A stretch of 64,000 nucleotides of DNA from an uncultured Nitrososphaerales archaeon. GTDB taxonomy: Archaea > Thermoproteota > Nitrososphaeria > Nitrososphaerales > Nitrososphaeraceae. The stretch is taken from positions 1 through 64,000 of the forward strand of contig CAVOHZ010000006.1 of assembly GCA_963695855.1 (NCBI GenBank), read 5' to 3'. The notes beneath the pieces were generated by a model. The model did no database searches, was not told the origin of the DNA, and worked only from the letters and a program-made list of their open reading frames with translations. Each line of letters starts with the position of its first letter. Position 1 is the stretch's first letter. Positions 23,720 to 34,474 of this stretch are shown here, piece by piece. The translations under genes were made by a program, and so were the position numbers.

Positions 23720-24977
23720 TTTTGCTAATATCTACTACGTTTATTGTTATTAATATTTTTAATAAATGTACTATACATAGGATTGTATAATTCATTAACG
23801 AAAATGCACTCTTTTACTTGATAAAAACGAGGATTGTTATCCCGTTTTTGGTATATAGAGATCTAGAAAAGAAGATCCTGTATTCGACAGAAAATAGGCG
23901 GGTCGAAGGAGACCGACATATGTAAAGATATGGGTCTGTTTCGAATCACTTTTTACCTATACCGGAAACGGTATACAATGTAGGAGTTGAAAGGACTGGC
24001 ACGTTATAAAATACCAAATACAATCGTTAAAATTCATAAAAAGTTTGAGAAAATATTTTACACGAAAAAAACAATATGACCACGTTATTTGGGAAATAAA
24101 ATTGATTTTGTAAACCAATTACAATACGATGATGAGAGATAATCCAGTCTACAGTGTCTTGAGACGAATTCATTAAACAACTACCGATACTTTGAATCGG
24201 GAGAAATATATCAGCTTTGATCCTGGAAACACAAGGGAATTCAGGCATATTGGTCTAAAAGTTGTAGATATTCATAGTACACAAAGAAGATGATATCAAT
24301 AATAAAGAATTACAGGACCTGAACTTTATTCTTAGGAATATTTTATCAGGCAATCTTAGACAGAATCCTAGACTATTGAATATTGCAGTTAGCAAATACA
24401 GAAAAACCATTACAGATTATATGAATAATAAAAAAAATTTCATAATATATACATAAAACCACAATTTTAGGTATTCTGCATAGTAGATTGAATAAAACGT
24501 CTTGGAGATGGATTTAGAAAACTTGCAACTCGAAAAGATTTAGATAGGATAATAAATAATACAAAATACTAGTTCAAAAGACATAGGCATTTTATCATAT
24601 ATTATAATGACAATAAAGTACATATCTCATTAAACTAAAAGACTGCCAACGAGGACTATAGGGCTGGAAGATCTATTGGTGGTTAATACGATACCTATGA
24701 TGATCTAAATAATTTTGATGAAATAAGACTAAATAAATTAGTTTCCAATAGATATACAAAAGAAATGAAGAAAAATAAACGTATGGATATAAAAAAAAGA
24801 ACTGAATGCGTACCTTCTACAGATAAAGAAATACGAATACAAGATCGTGAAGGCAACAATATTGTTATAGCGTTAGTAGACAGGAGGTAAAGCTAAAAAG
24901 AACATTAATGAATTTTATAAAACTACGGAAAGTTTTTTAATACATATGTATTTTAACCGTTTTATACTGAAATACAA

Positions 24978-27014
24978 ATGAATTTCCCGAAAAATGATGA
25001 TTATAAAGATGATATTCAACCAATTTCCCTCACTGATGAACAAAGAAAGCTAGGAAGGGATCTATATTTATTATATAATGATATAATCAATGAGGCTGAA
25101 AAAATAAAAGAATATTTCAAGATAAATGACAGCAATTTTCAATCGAAGAATAAATGTTGTGACAACCTATTGTGTTATCTTGTTCTAAGAAAAAGAAACA
25201 TAGAACAACTTCAACTAAGATTGGCTAAGGACGGTCTTTCTTCTTTAGGAAGATTAGAAGATCATGTACTAATTAGTATAGAACAAATTTTGAAACATTA
25301 TGGATACACTATCAATTCTAATACAACTCTTGAGAAAATAAATCAAGCTGATGCTCAGACAATAATTGCAAACCGTAGTCGATTATTATTAGGACGCCCC
25401 CGAGATAATAGAACAACTCGTATAATGGTAACTGTAGATGCTAACATATCTCACCAGCCGCAATTGGTAGAGGAGTTGCTTAAGAACGGGATGGATATTG
25501 CAAGAATAAACTGTGCTTACGATAAAGAACAAAATTGGAAAATGATAATAGATTCTATCAGAAACGCTGAGGATAGGTTGATTCAGAGCGGTCGTGATGT
25601 TGGTAGAAAATGTAGAATAGTTATGGACTTAGCCGGACCGAAAATCAGAATAAAACAGACGAGTTTGGGCAAAGGTCCTTTAAAAATTACTGTTGCAAAA
25701 GACACACATGGCAAATGCGTTAAATTGGTCGAGGGATTTTTGGATTGTGAGGCCGAATATACAGAAAAAACAAATTTAACAGGTGTTCCTGAAAGCTTCG
25801 TAATTTCTGTATCAGATGGAAAGCAAGAATTAAGTGACCTTGAGGTAGGAGAAAGATTATTGTTTTATGATTCCCGGGGAAAATATCGAGGGATGACTGT
25901 TCTCGAAAAGGTTAGTAAAACCCGAATACGTGTTGGAATCGATAAATCAGTATATCTAGATGAGGGTTTAATTATATATAGAGAGAAAAATTTTATCAAG
26001 AAATTTTACATCAAAAACAAGGAAGAGAAAACTAATCTGTGCCCGTATCCTAGAGAAATTGCACGAGAGATTGTTATTGGTGCAATTAAACCACATCCGA
26101 TCGATCTTGAAGTAAAGACAGGTGATAAAATTTTGATCAATAAGAAAGAAATTGACAAAAACGCTGATCTTTTTGAAGGCTATGGTAGAATTAGTTGTAC
26201 AATGCCCGAAGTTTTAAGCAAAGTAGAGATAGGTGATAGAGTATTAATCGATGATGGAAAAATTGATGCTACAGTGGTATCCACCAACGATGAATATTTA
26301 GAATTAGAAATAACATATCCATCAGATAAGACTGCAAAGATTCAATCAGATAAGGGATTGAATTTTCCAGATTCAAATTTAGACATGCCTGCTATAACAC
26401 CCCAAGATATTAAAGATCTAAAATTTATTGTGAAAAAAGCAACTGCAGTAGGAATATCCTTTGCTCATTCTCCTGAGGACGTAAAAAATTTGTATGATGA
26501 GTTGGTAAAACTAGGAAATCCTGATTTTGGAGTAATCGCAAAAATAGAAAGTCGAAATGCTGTACACAATTTAGGAAAAATTCTTTTAACAGGTCTTTCT
26601 TTACCTAAATTTGGTATATTAATTGCGAGAGGGGATCTTGCTGTAGAAATTGGATTTGAAAATTTATCTCTAATTCAAGAGGATATCTTGTGTTTATGTG
26701 AGGCTGCACATGTTCCTGTTATTTTGGCTACACAAATTCTTGAAACACTAGCTAAGAGTGGTCTGCCTACAAGGGCTGAAATAACTGATGCCGCAAGAGG
26801 TCATAGGGCTGAATGCGTAATGCTAAACAAAGGCAACTTTATAGTCGAAGCGGTAAAGATATTATCATTATTATTAAAAACTGAACAACAGCATAATATA
26901 AAGAAAAGACAAATATTTAGGGAATTTACCTGGCAGAATGGCATATTTGATTTTGATAACAACGTTAAAAACAATGTCACTCATGGTCAAAGATATGCCA
27001 AGGTTCCGGCATAA
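24978..27014 (+). CDS. pyk: Pyruvate kinase, long form with N-terminal extension
   Basis: TRIMVT, GMDIARINC, MDLAGPKIR, IDDGKI, KGLNFP, AKIES, ARGDLAVE, ATQILE, PTRAEITD, CVMLN. Confidence 0.9.
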   Translation: MNFPKNDDYKDDIQPISLTDEQRKLGRDLYLLYNDIINEAEKIKEYFKINDSNFQSKNKCCDNLLCYLVLRKRNIEQLQLRLAKDGLSSLGRLEDHVLISIEQILKHYGYTINSNTTLEKINQADAQTIIANRSRLLLGRPRDNRTTRIMVTVDANISHQPQLVEELLKNGMDIARINCAYDKEQNWKMIIDSIRNAEDRLIQSGRDVGRKCRIVMDLAGPKIRIKQTSLGKGPLKITVAKDTHGKCVKLVEGFLDCEAEYTEKTNLTGVPESFVISVSDGKQELSDLEVGERLLFYDSRGKYRGMTVLEKVSKTRIRVGIDKSVYLDEGLIIYREKNFIKKFYIKNKEEKTNLCPYPREIAREIVIGAIKPHPIDLEVKTGDKILINKKEIDKNADLFEGYGRISCTMPEVLSKVEIGDRVLIDDGKIDATVVSTNDEYLELEITYPSDKTAKIQSDKGLNFPDSNLDMPAITPQDIKDLKFIVKKATAVGISFAHSPEDVKNLYDELVKLGNPDFGVIAKIESRNAVHNLGKILLTGLSLPKFGILIARGDLAVEIGFENLSLIQEDILCLCEAAHVPVILATQILETLAKSGLPTRAEITDAARGHRAECVMLNKGNFIVEAVKILSLLLKTEQQHNIKKRQIFREFTWQNGIFDFDNNVKNNVTHGQRYAKVPA

Positions 27015-27241
27015 CAGGTAACTTTGAAGTACGCTACTATTTCTGCAATTTTATATATATTATAGATAAAATAGTGAATAAACGATCGAAAATTAGGTCT
27101 TGGTTCTTTTGTTGGTTTCTTGTATTCGTGTCGTAGTTTTTACTACGAAAAGATAGATTAAGAAATAGAGTATTTTAATAAAGCTAATAGTTTCTATATT
27201 ATACTCACGCTATTTTTATCCACCTGTATTATATTTTAATC

Positions 27242-27907
27242 ATGCCTTGGGAACTTAGATGGTTTGAGAACGATATGACTAATCACAAATTAGCTTTGGA
27301 TTGGTTTAAAGGAATTGACAAAATATTTACCAGAGAGAATCTTCGAGAAGACAGATATATCTTTCTAGCAAATTGCGAAGATATTGGTATCAAGTTAAGG
27401 CCCTTTAATGATGAAACAACAAATAAACTGAGATTCAGACTTGAAATAAAATTGAGAAAAGATATAAAATCTGATTTTTCGGTAACAGGCAGACAGATAT
27501 ATGGTAATATGGAAGATTGGACAAAGTGGGGGTGGATTTTGGAGGACCTACCGGTATCAACAGATAGTATGGTTGACCCTTTTCGTGGTACAAATAATGC
27601 ACCTATATTAAAGTTGGAAAAATTGAGGTTTCTAAGAAGGTATCTTTTTGAAGAGAATGCATGTAAATCAGTGGAATGGATAAACATCGATAGGGATGAA
27701 GGATTACAATGCGAAATAACTCAAATTGTGAAAGGAAATGCTCCTGCATGGTGGACAATAGGATTTGAGAGTATCGGAAAGAAGAACAACGAGATCGAAT
27801 TTCGTAATGCAGTTCAAAACATCTTGAAAGATTTTGCGATAAAACTTGAAAGAAAGAATTCAAGTGGATACCCAGAATGGATCAAGTTGAATCAAAGTTC
27901 TTCTTAG
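27242..27907 (+). CDS. CYTH-like (triphosphate tunnel) protein
   Basis: N-terminal ELRWF, REDRY, GIKLR, LEIKLR, K.RFLR, EIT, GFE, GYPEW: Arg/Lys/Glu pattern of the TTM fold. Confidence 0.5.
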   Translation: MPWELRWFENDMTNHKLALDWFKGIDKIFTRENLREDRYIFLANCEDIGIKLRPFNDETTNKLRFRLEIKLRKDIKSDFSVTGRQIYGNMEDWTKWGWILEDLPVSTDSMVDPFRGTNNAPILKLEKLRFLRRYLFEENACKSVEWINIDRDEGLQCEITQIVKGNAPAWWTIGFESIGKKNNEIEFRNAVQNILKDFAIKLERKNSSGYPEWIKLNQSSS

Positions 27908-28018
27908 ATAAAAATTTTAGGCAGAAATTTCAAGAAATCTTTGACTGGTATGATATAGAAATCTACCATTTAAGCACCTATGGGATATATTGAAGAGATT
28001 CTGATATATTGAAGCATT

Positions 28019-28579
28019 TCATAGTGATTTGATATTCTTCTCATAATTCTTTATTCCGTCCAAAATTATTATTTTTGCTCTTTCTTTGTGTCCAATTTGT
28101 TTAATTTTAACAAATTTATTCTTTTCTAGATCCTTGTGATGTTCAATAAAGTGTATTAATTTTTTCAGGATATGTGAATTTATATCTTCTATGTCATTTA
28201 ACAACTCGTTGTCTTGTTCATCTGTTTTTGACGATGGTCTTGCAATTATTTTTGAGTCTGGTCCGTCTTGATCTTCAGTTAAGATTACTCCAATAGGGAC
28301 GCAGTTAACAACACTTTTCGGTTGTAACGAATCGATTCCGATAACAAAGACGTCTAAATTATCTTTGTAATTAGGTTTATCTGAATTTTCAAGAGTCTTT
28401 GGAATAAATCCATAATTAAAAGGATAGACCATTTCAACTGACAGTATTCTATCTACATACAAAATACCATCAGCAGGATCTAATTCATATTTTATGTTAC
28501 TACCCCTTGGAATCTCTATGACTACATTAATATCTTCTGGAGGATTTTTTCCGGAATGTAGAGTACTTGTAAAAGACAT
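28019..28579 (-). CDS. ppa: Family I inorganic pyrophosphatase
   Basis: VIEIPRGSNIKYE, VDRIL, YPFNYGFIPKTL, DNLDV, DQDGPDSKII, HKDLE. Confidence 0.93.
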   Translation of the reverse strand: MSFTSTLHSGKNPPEDINVVIEIPRGSNIKYELDPADGILYVDRILSVEMVYPFNYGFIPKTLENSDKPNYKDNLDVFVIGIDSLQPKSVVNCVPIGVILTEDQDGPDSKIIARPSSKTDEQDNELLNDIEDINSHILKKLIHFIEHHKDLEKNKFVKIKQIGHKERAKIIILDGIKNYEKNIKSL

Positions 28580-28899
28580 ATCTGAATAGATGGAATTATA
28601 AAATATAAAATATTTCTTTTGAATTTAGTCTTTGCTCCATAGAATTTCTTGTTAAAAAAATACTTGTTTCAATTTATTTTTTTTGAATATTACGCGACAC
28701 ATTTGGCTACATCATTTTATTTCCTTTACTAAATTTTGGTGGTTATTTAATATCTTGGACAGCATCATATTATCTAATATATCCAATTACCATATATTTT
28801 CTAACCAGACCTTATCATTAACATATCGGATAAACAGAAAGAGCCTTCTGTCATCATCTTTATTTCGGGTAATGTCATTACTATGAACTATTCCAAGAA

Positions 28900-29680
28900 G
28901 GCCACCAGACACAGGAGAAAGCAAGAGAATGATCATTAGTCAAACAGGAATGAACTACAAGACAGATAGAAGATATAATTGATAGAGTGCAATCAGATAC
29001 CATTAAACCCACATTTATAGAATCATGCACAAGTGGGGATTCAAACAGAAGGTACCAAGAAGAATACATGTAAATACAGCATCCAAAGAAGAGAAACAAT
29101 ATTTTAAAAAAGAGCAAGAAAGATACTGGATAATGACCAAGAAGGATTTACAGTAGTATCACTTGATGAATCATTCTTCTATGATTCTCTTGTCAGGAAA
29201 GTATGGATACGAAAAGAGGAAAGAGTAGTAGTAAGAATAACTGGTTCTCATCAGGAATCCGTTCTATTTGGTGCCACAAGTTTAGAAGGAAAACAGATGT
29301 TCAGGTAATATGACTGGATTGATGAAAACACCTTTTTAGATTATCTAAAACAGAAACACAGGAAATTTTCAAAATGTTAATTCTTTCTGGATAAAGCAAA
29401 ACAGGATCACAGATCAAAAAAGCTACTGGAATATTTTGATAAACACAAAAAGGATCTAATTCCAGTATATCTTCCAACAACATCTCCTGAATTTATGGTA
29501 CTGGAAAAGATATGACATTTAGTCAAAAACGACCTGCTTGTCTTACGATACTATCCGTCCTTTACAGATTTTACCAATAAAATATGTACACATTTTTTAA
29601 AATAAAGAGATTCAACCTGGATATGAGAAACTATCTACTTGCTAAAATTAATAATTAGAAGACATAACCTAGTTGGTATA
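28900..29680 (+). mobile_element. Degraded IS630 copy (same group as 18964 and 51132)
   Basis: DNA similar to the reverse complement of 18987-19720 with many stops; right end agttggtata. Confidence 0.85.
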
Positions 29681-29910
29681 GAAAATCTAGTATACAAAAA
29701 TTTTTTACAGCGACCTCATATTTTCAATATATTTAATCACACAAAATATAGGCATACAACAGAGATATTATACCTTCCTATTTTATGCTGTAGGTTATGA
29801 CAATTTATAATTTTGTTCATAGTGAAATATAGATCTCTATAAAACATATTTTCATTATTTATATTTTAATGGTTTTTTAGCCATGAATTTTCACAAAAAT
29901 GGTGCACATT

Positions 29911-29920
29911 CTTTATATAT
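29911..29920 (+). promoter_or_regulatory. Probable archaeal TATA box for 29944
   Basis: ctttatatat ~25-30 bp upstream of the ATG; equivalent sequence upstream of the 17771 start. Confidence 0.5.
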
Positions 29921-29943
29921 CTACTTTAAGGTAATATATACCA

Positions 29944-30357
29944 ATGAATATGAAGGCTTTTGCAATATCTATGGCGCTGTGCGTTATAGTAATGAATATT
30001 TTCTCATTGGGTAACATATACGCACTCTTGGATGACGATGGCAGATATATTATAGTAACAATAGAAAATGTCAAAAGCAGAGATATAGAACTTACAGGAT
30101 ATATATATGACGAAGATAAGGATAAAAAAATTGAAGGCAGTCCTCAACCTATTGAGAAAACTGCTTCACAAATTAAACACACATTTAAATTTGATAATGA
30201 CGATCTTAAAGTAGATGCAGGCCCAGGAACACAGTTCATTCTCTGTCTAGAGTTCAAGAGTGGAGCAGGAGAACCATCATGTTGGACAGACACCCTCAAG
30301 TCTGTAAGCCAACCAAACAGAGTAACACTGGATGCAGACTATATAAGGGATGATTAA
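29944..30357 (+). CDS. Secreted two-Cys protein, paralog 3 of 3
   Basis: Same signal peptide and motifs as 17340 and 8261. Confidence 0.85.
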   Translation: MNMKAFAISMALCVIVMNIFSLGNIYALLDDDGRYIIVTIENVKSRDIELTGYIYDEDKDKKIEGSPQPIEKTASQIKHTFKFDNDDLKVDAGPGTQFILCLEFKSGAGEPSCWTDTLKSVSQPNRVTLDADYIRDD

Positions 30358-30499
30358 ATCAGCTTTTCATTTTTATTTTTTTTTGAGATATAATTAATTA
30401 TATCCTATCTGAATCATCGTTTAATGCATCTCTTATGAATGAACAAACCTGATTCACATTATCCAATCTATATTTAATTCTCTCGCATTGAATAATCTG

Positions 30500-30965
30500 A
30501 GGTTATGGTGAAATCAGGAAACGAGGGCTGAAATTATGGACTGAGGGAGATGTATTTTGCAAGGATCATCTGCCAATGATTACCTGATTTCATAAAGGAA
30601 GGAATAGAGGAATAATAATCTTGATATTCCTGTACAAGAGAAGTCATTGCTTCATATTGTAGGTAGGAAAGTAAAATATGGTTCCACTACATTTACGGAT
30701 AAATATAGTAGAAAATATGACCAAGTGCAAGAACAGGTTTTCATAGACAAATGTGCAAGTCACTTACAAAAAGAAAGAGCATGCAAATGGTACAGTTCAT
30801 GTGAATAACTATGGATGTAAAAGCGACACCTACCAGCTATGGATGAAAGAGATCGTGGCACTAAAAAAAACAAAATTTATGAACATATTCCAAACGTGCC
30901 AGTTTATCCATAACAATAGAACCAAGACAACAGGACAAAGATTCACGGAAATTCTTTGTAATTAG
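30500..30965 (+). pseudogene. IS1595-family transposase remnant
   Basis: KGRNRG.., FTDKY, EHANGTVHVNN..YQLWM fragments with frameshifts. Confidence 0.6.
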
Positions 30966-31231
30966 CAGATGGAAGATTCAGAAATAAGAGCAAATGGATT
31001 TTTTCTGAACTATTTACAAATGCGTTAATTATGTACATATGAGTTCTTGAAGGAACGAACACAAAAAAATGATGTAACAAAATAAGTAGATTATTTGTTG
31101 GTTATCTAGTTCCTTATTTTCACGACGAATATGTATAATAGAAAAGAAAGTGTAATAGATGTGATGGTGGCACAATACATCTATTTTTACAAATCTTCTT
31201 TTATCTATGACAAACACAGTCTGATTGATAT

Positions 31232-32674
31232 ATGGAAAAATTTGATCTTATAGTTATCGGTTCAGGCGCAGGACTCGACGTGGCCAAAGCAGGGGCCGAG
31301 AAAGGACTAAAAGTTGCCATTATTGAAAAATCCAAATTAGGAGGAACCTGTCTAAACGTAGGAGGGATACCTTCAAAATTACTTATTTATAGCGCCGACA
31401 TAATTGAAATAATTAAGAAGGCAGAAACTTTCGGCATTAATGTTGATAAATATTCCATTGATTTTGAAAAGATGATAAGTAGGGTTATTAAAATTATCGA
31501 CACTGCAGCAAACGAGATTAAAAAAGAATTACAAGAAAGCAATAATCCTCGTCTTTTCTTACAAGATTGTAAATTCATAGGAAACAAGAAAATTTCAATA
31601 GCAAATGAGGTTATAACTGCAGATAAAATTCTCATTGCATCAGGAACAAGACCAAATATTCCAAAAATCAATGGCTTAGAAAATGTAAATTATATAACTA
31701 GTACTGAAGCATTATGTCTAAAATATCAACCAAAAACTCTTACTATAATAGGTGGTGGCTATATTGCCTGCGAATTCGCTCATTTCTTTGGTGCGTTGGG
31801 AACTAAAATAAATATAATACAAAGGAATGATTTATTGATCCCAAATGAAGATATAGATGTTTCACGGAAATTTACAGAGATATTTTCAAAAAAATACAAT
31901 GTATATTTAGGATGTAATACGGAAACGGTTCGTTATAATTATCACAATACAAATAATCAAGAGACATTTAATGTAATAATTAAGGACAAATTTGGAAAGT
32001 GCATGGAAATCTATTCGGAACAGTTACTAATTGCAACAGGTCGAACACCAAATTCGGATTTATTAGATATCGAAAAAAGCGGTATTAAAAGAAATGAGAA
32101 AGGTTTCATACTTGTTGATGAATATTTGGAGACAAATATAAAAGGAATTTTTGCAGTAGGAGATGTTGTTGGAAAATTTCAATTCAAACATAATGCCAAC
32201 AACGAAGCACGCTATGCATACAATAATATACTTTATCCTGATAACAAATTACCTGTAAATTATAATGCAATCCCTCATGCTATTTTTACGAGTCCACAAA
32301 TTGCAGGTGTAGGATATACAGAACAACAACTAAAGAAAGAAAAGATAGAATATGTTAGGTCTATATACCCTTATATTCAAACAGCAATGGGAAAAGCAAT
32401 AGAAGATAAAGACGGATTTGTAAAATTTCTTATCGATAAAAAAAATAAATATATTCTTGGGTGTCACATCATGGGAACAGATGCGTCGATTTTGATTCAT
32501 GAAGTATTAGTTGCAATGACAACGGGAGAAGGAAAGATAGATAACATAACTAATACTATTCACATTCATCCAGCGTTATCGGAAGTAGTAGGTAGAGCTG
32601 CTTCTGTTCATAATCTTGACATAGTTGTTCCCCTTGGTACTTGTATAACTCCATACCTCTTCCTTCACCTTTAA
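31232..32674 (+). CDS. Class I pyridine nucleotide-disulfide oxidoreductase (Lpd/MerA/mycothione-reductase-like) with altered redox motif
   Basis: VIGSGAG, GGTCLNVGGIPSK, IIGGGYIACE, ATGRTPN, AVGDV, HIHPALSE. Confidence 0.9.
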   Translation: MEKFDLIVIGSGAGLDVAKAGAEKGLKVAIIEKSKLGGTCLNVGGIPSKLLIYSADIIEIIKKAETFGINVDKYSIDFEKMISRVIKIIDTAANEIKKELQESNNPRLFLQDCKFIGNKKISIANEVITADKILIASGTRPNIPKINGLENVNYITSTEALCLKYQPKTLTIIGGGYIACEFAHFFGALGTKINIIQRNDLLIPNEDIDVSRKFTEIFSKKYNVYLGCNTETVRYNYHNTNNQETFNVIIKDKFGKCMEIYSEQLLIATGRTPNSDLLDIEKSGIKRNEKGFILVDEYLETNIKGIFAVGDVVGKFQFKHNANNEARYAYNNILYPDNKLPVNYNAIPHAIFTSPQIAGVGYTEQQLKKEKIEYVRSIYPYIQTAMGKAIEDKDGFVKFLIDKKNKYILGCHIMGTDASILIHEVLVAMTTGEGKIDNITNTIHIHPALSEVVGRAASVHNLDIVVPLGTCITPYLFLHL

Positions 32675-32772
32675 AAGTTATTTTTATTTTAGAAGGCGAT
32701 TGAGAATACCAACTCTTCCAAGTCGTACAAGCAGAATTATTAACTACAAATGCAATTAGTAAAATCTTGGGA

Positions 32773-34386
32773 TTAAGACATTTTCTTCCAGCTCTCTATT
32801 TCCTTGATAATCGCTATGGGTCTTTCTGTAATTAGGGGGAGCTTACCTCCATAAACCGATCCAGTGGTACCATCTAATGTAATGTAGTCTCCCTCGTTGA
32901 GAATATCCTTGTTAATAATACATGTCCGTTCTTTAAGATCTATCAATATTTCGCGACAGCCCACAATACACACTTTATCCATTTGTCTTGCAACTACTGC
33001 TGCATGAGATGTTCTTCCACCCTGATTCGTAACTAGCCCAGAGCATACGGCTATACCTGCAATATCATCAGTGGATATATCTTGACGAACTAGTACAAGT
33101 TGCCCGCCTTCGCTAGTCTTGCCAGTAGCTCTCTCTGAATCTAGCACGATTTTGCCCACTGCCACTCCACGATTTGCAGATATTCCTTTACATAATACCT
33201 TTAAATTAGAAGATGAAGATAAACTCGTTCTCGATATCTTATTTAAATCATATTTTTTAACTCTCTCCAACCCAGTAGCAAAATCTATCAATCCTTCATT
33301 CACTAGGTCCACAGCAATTTGAATAGCGGCCCAAGACGTTCGTTTACCAGTCCTTGACTGCAGAATAAAGAGCTTTCCTTCCTGAATTGTGAATTCAAAG
33401 TCCTGCATATCTTTGAACTCTGTTTCCAAACGCAACTTTATGTTCTGTATTTTCTTATATACTTGGGGCATTATCTTCTTTAGCTTTTCTGCATTCCTAA
33501 CTGCATGTCGGCCGGATACTATGTCCTCTCCTTGTGAATTGAAGAGGAAATCTATGTACAGACTATCTTCGCCTGTAGCGGGATCCCTAGTAAAAGCTAC
33601 GCCTGAACCCGATGTGGCTCCCATATTTCCAAAAACCATAGCTTGGATTATGGCCGCAGTTCCTATCAGATCCCTGATATCATGAAGCCTACGATATTCA
33701 ATCGCCCTTGGACTGTTCCAGGATCTAAAGACTGCTCCAATCGCTTCCCTCAGCTGAACGAGAGGCAGTTGGGGAAATGGAACATGTACATGTTCCTCAA
33801 ATATTTTCATGTAGATTCTTGACAAACTCTTGAGTTCTTCCGCACTGAGCTCTCTGACGTCCCTTAATCCTTTATTGATAATATCCTCTTTCAATATACT
33901 TTCAAAAAAATTTGGAGGACAACCATACACAACTTTAGCATATGTTTCAATCAATCGTCTATACGAATCCCAGACAAATTTTGGGTTTCCAGTCATTCTG
34001 ATCAACCCATCTATTGTAGAATCACAGAGACCGACATTCAATATTGATTCCAACATCCCCGGCATAGAAACTGCTGCGCCAGAACGGACGGATAAAAGTA
34101 AAGGCCTTCGTGAGCCTCCAAAAGTAAGACGGCTTGTATCTTCAATTTTCTTGATAAAGAATTCCACGGTATCTTCAAAATTCGGTGGAAGAATTTGATT
34201 ATTCCTCAGATACCTATCGCAAATTGATGTGCTTATCACAAATCCAGGGGGAACAGGGAGCATGATTTTGTCCATTCTCATTAGGTACATCGCCTTAGAA
34301 CCTACTTCAAATCCGCTAGGAAAGTGTGCATGAGAATTGGATGATCCGAAGAAATAGATATTTCCTTGATCTGTTTTGGTGGTCAT
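32773..34386 (-). CDS. Pyruvate phosphate dikinase-like protein lacking the C-terminal PEP/pyruvate domain
   Basis: GSKA, PVPPGFVI, LLSVRSGAAVSMPGM, QAMVFGN, TRDPATGE, QGEDIVSG, LQSRTGKR, GGRTSHAAVVAR. Ends after LDGTTGSVY. Start placed at MTTK (537 aa). Confidence 0.9.
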   Translation of the reverse strand: MTTKTDQGNIYFFGSSNSHAHFPSGFEVGSKAMYLMRMDKIMLPVPPGFVISTSICDRYLRNNQILPPNFEDTVEFFIKKIEDTSRLTFGGSRRPLLLSVRSGAAVSMPGMLESILNVGLCDSTIDGLIRMTGNPKFVWDSYRRLIETYAKVVYGCPPNFFESILKEDIINKGLRDVRELSAEELKSLSRIYMKIFEEHVHVPFPQLPLVQLREAIGAVFRSWNSPRAIEYRRLHDIRDLIGTAAIIQAMVFGNMGATSGSGVAFTRDPATGEDSLYIDFLFNSQGEDIVSGRHAVRNAEKLKKIMPQVYKKIQNIKLRLETEFKDMQDFEFTIQEGKLFILQSRTGKRTSWAAIQIAVDLVNEGLIDFATGLERVKKYDLNKISRTSLSSSSNLKVLCKGISANRGVAVGKIVLDSERATGKTSEGGQLVLVRQDISTDDIAGIAVCSGLVTNQGGRTSHAAVVARQMDKVCIVGCREILIDLKERTCIINKDILNEGDYITLDGTTGSVYGGKLPLITERPIAIIKEIESWKKMS

Positions 34387-34474
34387 ATCTAATTGCAAGC
34401 AACACTTGATGTTATGTTGGTTAATTGTAGGAAGTTGCCAAGACAATTCTCTGCTTTGAAATATGATAAGTAGA

